A stretch of 32,000 nucleotides of DNA from an uncultured archaeon. GTDB taxonomy: Archaea; Asgardarchaeota; Jordiarchaeia; Jordiarchaeales; Jordiarchaeaceae. The notes under the pieces were generated by a model. The model saw only the letters and a list, made by a program, of their open reading frames with translations. It made no database searches and was not told where the DNA came from. Where the stretch lies: NCBI GenBank assembly GCA_964510585.1, contig CAZECW010000099.1, positions 1 to 32,000 of the forward strand, in the 5' to 3' direction. Position numbers and translations under genes: made by a program. This document shows positions 27,755 through 32,000 of this stretch, in pieces (the first letter of the stretch is position 1; every line of letters starts with the position of its first letter).

Positions 27755-28036
27755 TTATCCTCCTCCCGCTGGAGGAAAAATAGCTATAACGTCGTCACTT
27801 TTGAGCTTGGTTTCAAGCCCCTGCTCAAAATCTATATCACGCCCATTATGAAGAATTTTGTAGAACTTTCTTATTCTCCCATCATCAAAAACAGCTTCCC
27901 TGAACGCCTTTCCATAAATTTCCACCAGTTTCTCGAGAAGCATCCCAACATTTTCAACTCCTTCCATCTCGATCTCCTTGACCCCCGTTATGTTTCTTAG
28001 ATTAGCAAAAAACTTTACCTTCAAAATCGTTTTCAC
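27755..28036 (-). CDS. moaD: MoaD/ThiS/SAMP-family ubiquitin-like sulfur carrier
   Basis: VKFFANLR...NGRDI...DDVIAIFPPAGGG with a C-terminal diglycine; next to AOR. Confidence 0.9.
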   Translation of the reverse strand: MKTILKVKFFANLRNITGVKEIEMEGVENVGMLLEKLVEIYGKAFREAVFDDGRIRKFYKILHNGRDIDFEQGLETKLKSDDVIAIFPPAGGG

Positions 28037-28156
28037 CTACCTAGCCAATTCTTATAACCTAGGTAATATTTTTGTTTAACACTAAAAAAGCATATCTAAA
28101 AAAGAAAAAAAGAAAAATTTTTCATCCATTTGTAGCAACTAAAATAAGGACAAATA

Positions 28157-28495
28157 TTAGCCTGCTGCTCTCATAGTGTAGAGTTTGAGCCGAGCAGAAA
28201 CGTAGTCAAATATTTCCTTCTCTCTCTCGGGATTTTCAGAGTTAACATCAATTGTGACCGTGGTTATGGCAAGCTTGTCAAAATGCTTGGGGAACGGAGG
28301 AAAATGCTTCCTCTCGTAGACAACCTCGGCCCTTATTAGGGCATCTTGAAGCTTAGCCTCATATGTTTTAACCAGTTTACTTTTCTCAGAGCCCGTCTCA
28401 TTAAAAAATTCAATCTTAGCTCCAAGCTCATTTAGAATCATTTCAATATACAGCCACACACCGTAAATATAGCGGTACTCCTTCTCTAATCTCAT
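28157..28495 (-). CDS. AOR-associated small protein, tentatively DUF1952-like, ending in RAAG
   Basis: 112-aa ORF between aor and moaD with an early W..E..L.ELG segment and a Gly-terminal tail. The family call is from memory. Confidence 0.6.
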   Translation of the reverse strand: MRLEKEYRYIYGVWLYIEMILNELGAKIEFFNETGSEKSKLVKTYEAKLQDALIRAEVVYERKHFPPFPKHFDKLAITTVTIDVNSENPEREKEIFDYVSARLKLYTMRAAG

Positions 28496-28568
28496 TAAAA
28501 CACCACAAGATAAACACCTATACGCTTACGCGTTTCAAAGTACAAAAAAATAAAGGGGGGAGAAGAGT

Positions 28569-30368
28569 TTAGATTCCGAGCTCCTTTATTTTCTCCTGTG
28601 TTGGGACGCCGTTTTCGTCCCATCCTCTTACCTTATAGTACTTTGGAAGCATTTTATCAAGTTCTACAACGTGACCCTTAGCTGGGCCCTCAGGCATGGG
28701 CTCTTTAAGCAGTCTTTTGGGTAGAGTGTCGTCCTCAGCAGTAAATCCTGCCTTGATGTTGAAAAGTCTCTCAACGTTCCAGATACGCTCGCCTATCTTC
28801 ATTACTTCCTCTACAGTGAAATCAAAACCTGTTGCCGCCGCAAGCAAAGCGGTATATTCTGGGGCTCCAATAGCGAATGAAGTAAACAGGCACATGCCAC
28901 TAGAGTCAATAACAGCTGTCAAGTCTTGGAAGTTTTTAACCCAGACTTCCTTTCCCTCCGTAGCGAAACGATCGAGTTTTTCGGGTATTCCAAGAATTTC
29001 GGGTGAGATCATATATCCACGAACATGGTTACCGCCGCTTGTACAGGTAGCGTATTGTAATCCGTGTCCTTTAGCTCCACGTGGATCATATGCTGGGAGT
29101 TCTTGACCCTTAACGCTCATGGAGAGCTCTGGTGCTCCATACTTTTCGGCAAGTCTTAATGAGCCCTCAGCTAGCTCATTTCCGAACCCTTCTCTTTTTC
29201 CGGTCTTTTCCGTCAATTCTACTATGGCGTCTCCATCGCCCCAATTCAGCTCTCTGCCAGCCTTATCCTTTTTGAGTTTTCCTCTCTGATATAACTCCAT
29301 GGCGCACCCTATAGTGCTTCCCATAGATATGGTGTCAAGTCCCAGCTCATTGCAGAGATAGTTAGCCTTGGATATTGGGGCAAGATCTCCCACTCCACAC
29401 TGTGCACCGTAGGCCCAGACGGTTTCGTACTCTGGCCCCTCTCCCGCGGATTTGTATTTTCCAGATTTTATTTCTGTTACTCTCCCGCAACCAATGGGGC
29501 ATGCAAAACAAGCAGCTCTTTTTGTGAGAATGGTTTTTTCCATGGTTTCTCCGCTTATTTTATCTGCTTCTGGAAAGACTCCGGTCTGGAAGTTTCTTGT
29601 CGGGAAAAGCCCGTTTTCATTTATTATATTCACCAGTATGGCTGTGCCATAGGTGGGTAAACCTTGTCCAGTCACAGAGTGCTCTTTTATCATTTTTAGG
29701 GCGGTATCATGAGCCTTCTTAAAAGCATCCTTGTCTGCTGGCTCAATTTTTTGGGTTCCTTTTACCGCTATTGCCTTCAGGTTTTTGCTTCCCATAACTG
29801 CGCCGGTTCCGCCTCTCCCAGCCGCTCGGTGTTTGTCATTTATAACACATGCGATTCGAGAGAGCTTTTCCCCAGCGGGTCCTATGCAGGCAACCCTATA
29901 GTCTTTCCCTAGCTCCTTTTGAAGCATATCAGTGGTTGTATGTGTATCTTTTCCCCATAGTTTTTCTGCTGACTTTAACTCATATTTGTCATCGGTTATC
30001 TGAAGGTAGACTGGTTTCTTGGCCTTGTTCTCGAAAACTATTACATCTACTCCTGCCCTTCTAAGATAGGCAGCCCACTCTCCTCCAGAGTTGGCTCCGG
30101 TAATTGTTCCTGTCAAGGGAGACTTGCAAGATACTTCGTATCGGCCACCGGTGGGCGCCGCTGTTCCTGTTAATGGTCCTGCGGCGAATATAAGTTTATT
30201 TTTTGGACTTAGAGGGTCGATGGTAGGGTCGACCTCGTCGTATAGTATTTTTGCTCCGATTCCTCTTCCACCGAGGTATTTTCTTGTTAACTCGTCAGGT
30301 ATTGTTGATTTTTTGATATCTCCGGTGGCAAGGTTTACTCTTAGCATTGTTGCTTTATATTTTGCCAT
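28569..30368 (-). CDS. aor: Tungsten-dependent aldehyde:ferredoxin oxidoreductase
   Basis: YLGGRG, KSPLTG, GRGGTGAVMGSKNLKAI, CFACPIGC, EYET, GLDTIS, DSSGMC and YYKVRGWD. Confidence 0.95.
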   Translation of the reverse strand: MAKYKATMLRVNLATGDIKKSTIPDELTRKYLGGRGIGAKILYDEVDPTIDPLSPKNKLIFAAGPLTGTAAPTGGRYEVSCKSPLTGTITGANSGGEWAAYLRRAGVDVIVFENKAKKPVYLQITDDKYELKSAEKLWGKDTHTTTDMLQKELGKDYRVACIGPAGEKLSRIACVINDKHRAAGRGGTGAVMGSKNLKAIAVKGTQKIEPADKDAFKKAHDTALKMIKEHSVTGQGLPTYGTAILVNIINENGLFPTRNFQTGVFPEADKISGETMEKTILTKRAACFACPIGCGRVTEIKSGKYKSAGEGPEYETVWAYGAQCGVGDLAPISKANYLCNELGLDTISMGSTIGCAMELYQRGKLKKDKAGRELNWGDGDAIVELTEKTGKREGFGNELAEGSLRLAEKYGAPELSMSVKGQELPAYDPRGAKGHGLQYATCTSGGNHVRGYMISPEILGIPEKLDRFATEGKEVWVKNFQDLTAVIDSSGMCLFTSFAIGAPEYTALLAAATGFDFTVEEVMKIGERIWNVERLFNIKAGFTAEDDTLPKRLLKEPMPEGPAKGHVVELDKMLPKYYKVRGWDENGVPTQEKIKELGI

Positions 30369-30430
30369 AAATATCCTCCCAAATTTTTATGAACGGCGCT
30401 ATAATATGGGTATAAATTCAGATATAAATA

Positions 30431-30458
30431 ATCGTTATGCACCAAAATTCATAACGTA
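30431..30458. promoter_or_regulatory. ModE-like palindromic operator upstream of aor
   Basis: ATCGTTATGCA-CCAAAA-TTCATAACGTA: perfect CGTTATG/CATAACG arms in an 11-6-11 layout, adjacent to a - strand TTTATAT TATA-like element at about 30422-30428. Confidence 0.6.
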
Positions 30459-30562
30459 GAAGTATGTGACCGTAACTTCCCAAAGGGGAGAATTATAAAT
30501 GAGAAAAATTAAAAGGCGGAGGCAAGAATCTATTTTAAACAAATTTGTTTTTCGTGATATTT

Positions 30563-31732
30563 ATGATTGAGGATTTAGTTAAAAAGCATGAGGAGTGGCG
30601 TTCCCACTGCATAAACCTGATACCCTCAGAAAACATTATGAGCCCAAGAGCCCGGGCAATGCTCAGCTCCGACTTAGGGCACAGGTACACTTCCCCCGAC
30701 AAATTTTACACTGGAACCAAGTACATTGACCAAATAATTGAGGAGGGAGAAAACCTCGCAAAAAAGGTTTTCAGATGCAAATTCGCAGACCTACGCCCCA
30801 TCTCGGGACACGTGGCAGATTTGTCCCTACTTATGGCATTTAGGGGGAAGAGTATGGCATGTATAGGAGAAGCAGATGGGGGATATCCAGGCATCTCTCA
30901 AGATAACGCTCCAAGTGTTCTGGGAATCAAAGTATACTATCTGCCCTACAAACAGGAGGAAGCCAACATTGATCTTGAAGGAAGCATCAAATTGATTGAG
31001 GAGAAGAAGCCCAACCTAGTTATTCTTGGTGCAAGCTTCATTCCCATGCCCTACCCCGTTTCCGAAATAAGTGTTGCTGCACACAAGGTTGGAGCTTTAC
31101 TCGCTTACGACGCCTCGCACGTTATGGGTTTAATAGCGGGCAAAAAGTTTCAGCAACCACTAGCTGAGGGAGCGGACATCATGATGGGAAGCACCCATAA
31201 AACCCTTCCTGGACCACAGGGAGGAATAATTCTGGGTAACAGTTTCGAGGACATCAAGGAGCACATCTTGTTCAAAACAATTGATAATGCTCATTTCCAC
31301 AGAATAGCCGCACTGGCAGTTACCTTAGAGGAGACGCAAAAATTTGGAGAGGCATACGCGAGTCAAATAGTTAAGAATTCCAAAAAATTAGCCAGCCTGC
31401 TGGACGAGGCGGGAATCCCCCTCAAGTGTAAAAGTAAAGGATTTACAGAGTCTCACCAGATTCTGGTAAACACTTGGGATTTTCAAGTCAAATTTGAAAA
31501 GTCATGGTTGGACATAGTTAACAAACTGGAGGAAGCGAATGTCATAATGGACAGGGCTGGAAGAATAGGCACCAACGAAGTTACCAGGATAGGTATGAAG
31601 GAAGAGGAAATGGAAAAAATTTGCGGGTTAATCGTTAAAGCAGTCAAAGGAGGAAAAAAAGAGGATATCAAAAAGGAAGCTGTAAAACTAAAATCAAAAT
31701 TCACAAAAGTCCACTACTGCTTCAGCGACTGA
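30563..31732 (+). CDS. glyA: Archaeal serine hydroxymethyltransferase
   Basis: NLIPSEN, YDASHVMG, GSTHKTLPGPQGG (PLP Lys), SHQ and RIGTNEVTRIG. Start moved to ATG 30563. Confidence 0.93.
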   Translation: MIEDLVKKHEEWRSHCINLIPSENIMSPRARAMLSSDLGHRYTSPDKFYTGTKYIDQIIEEGENLAKKVFRCKFADLRPISGHVADLSLLMAFRGKSMACIGEADGGYPGISQDNAPSVLGIKVYYLPYKQEEANIDLEGSIKLIEEKKPNLVILGASFIPMPYPVSEISVAAHKVGALLAYDASHVMGLIAGKKFQQPLAEGADIMMGSTHKTLPGPQGGIILGNSFEDIKEHILFKTIDNAHFHRIAALAVTLEETQKFGEAYASQIVKNSKKLASLLDEAGIPLKCKSKGFTESHQILVNTWDFQVKFEKSWLDIVNKLEEANVIMDRAGRIGTNEVTRIGMKEEEMEKICGLIVKAVKGGKKEDIKKEAVKLKSKFTKVHYCFSD

Positions 31733-31867
31733 CAACCCCCCCTACAATGTTTCGTCCTTCAAATTCGGTGTAGGAATATTTCCATCAGTGTTGTTTCCCG
31801 CCTGTGGGGTGCGTCTTTCCTAACTTGCTCAAGTCTTGGCCAAGTGTTAGCTAAAAAAAGGTGGTTT

Positions 31868-32000
31868 TTACTCGAATTTTTTGAGCTTGGATATTCCAAT
31901 GCGTAGGGACAGGTAGGAGGCCATTATTCCTAGGGATGCGGCTATGGCTACTCCAATGATCGAGACCAGCCAGTTGACGCTGAGTTGCGCCCAAGTTACT
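31868..32000 (-). CDS. 3' end of a membrane protein (partial, possibly an ABC permease)
   Basis: Open frame from the window edge: VTWAQLSVNWLVSIIGVAIAASLGIMASYLSLRIGISKLKKFE*. It is absent from the ORF track. Confidence 0.6.
   Translation of the reverse strand, partial: VTWAQLSVNWLVSIIGVAIAASLGIMASYLSLRIGISKLKKFE

Noticed and set aside
9634-30894. Numerous antisense or nested ORFs within mttB, RACo, mtrH, the ligase, M20, aor and glyA
   Set aside because: Shadows of well-supported genes, with no motifs of their own.
1-32000. CRISPR array, tRNA, rRNA or C/D-box RNA
   Set aside because: No regularly spaced repeats, cloverleaf/T-loop signature or paired C/D boxes were found by eye; tRNAscan-SE or Infernal would be decisive.

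Overview
Archaeal genomic window, most likely from an Asgard archaeon: two stand-alone longin-like genes, a long helical-repeat protein, a stand-alone MtrH and archaeal-type SHMT/AOR support this, but the taxonomy is inferred. Left to right: the right end of an IS200/IS605 element (four hairpins, TCAA terminus) that supplies the stop codon of a V4R-like gene; an lsrF + Zn-dehydrogenase pair; a decaying island (about 3.97-7.94 kb) with two relic toxin-antitoxin pairs around a frameshifted, exported Trp-rich protein, a 4-TM membrane gene and an unannotated decayed copy of that membrane gene; an intact four-gene non-pyrrolysine methyltransferase module (MttB-family MT1, corrinoid protein, RACo activator, MtrH-like MT2); an intact AbrB-VapC pair; a divergent lipoate ligase; M20 peptidase; ArsR-type regulator; truncated ino1; PHP and MBL hydrolases; a longin gene divergent from an alpha-SNAP-like repeat gene; a W-AOR/DUF1952-like/MoaD cluster with a ModE-like operator; glyA; and the 3' end of a membrane-protein gene. 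No tRNA, rRNA or CRISPR array was seen. Family assignments come from recalled motifs, not database searches.
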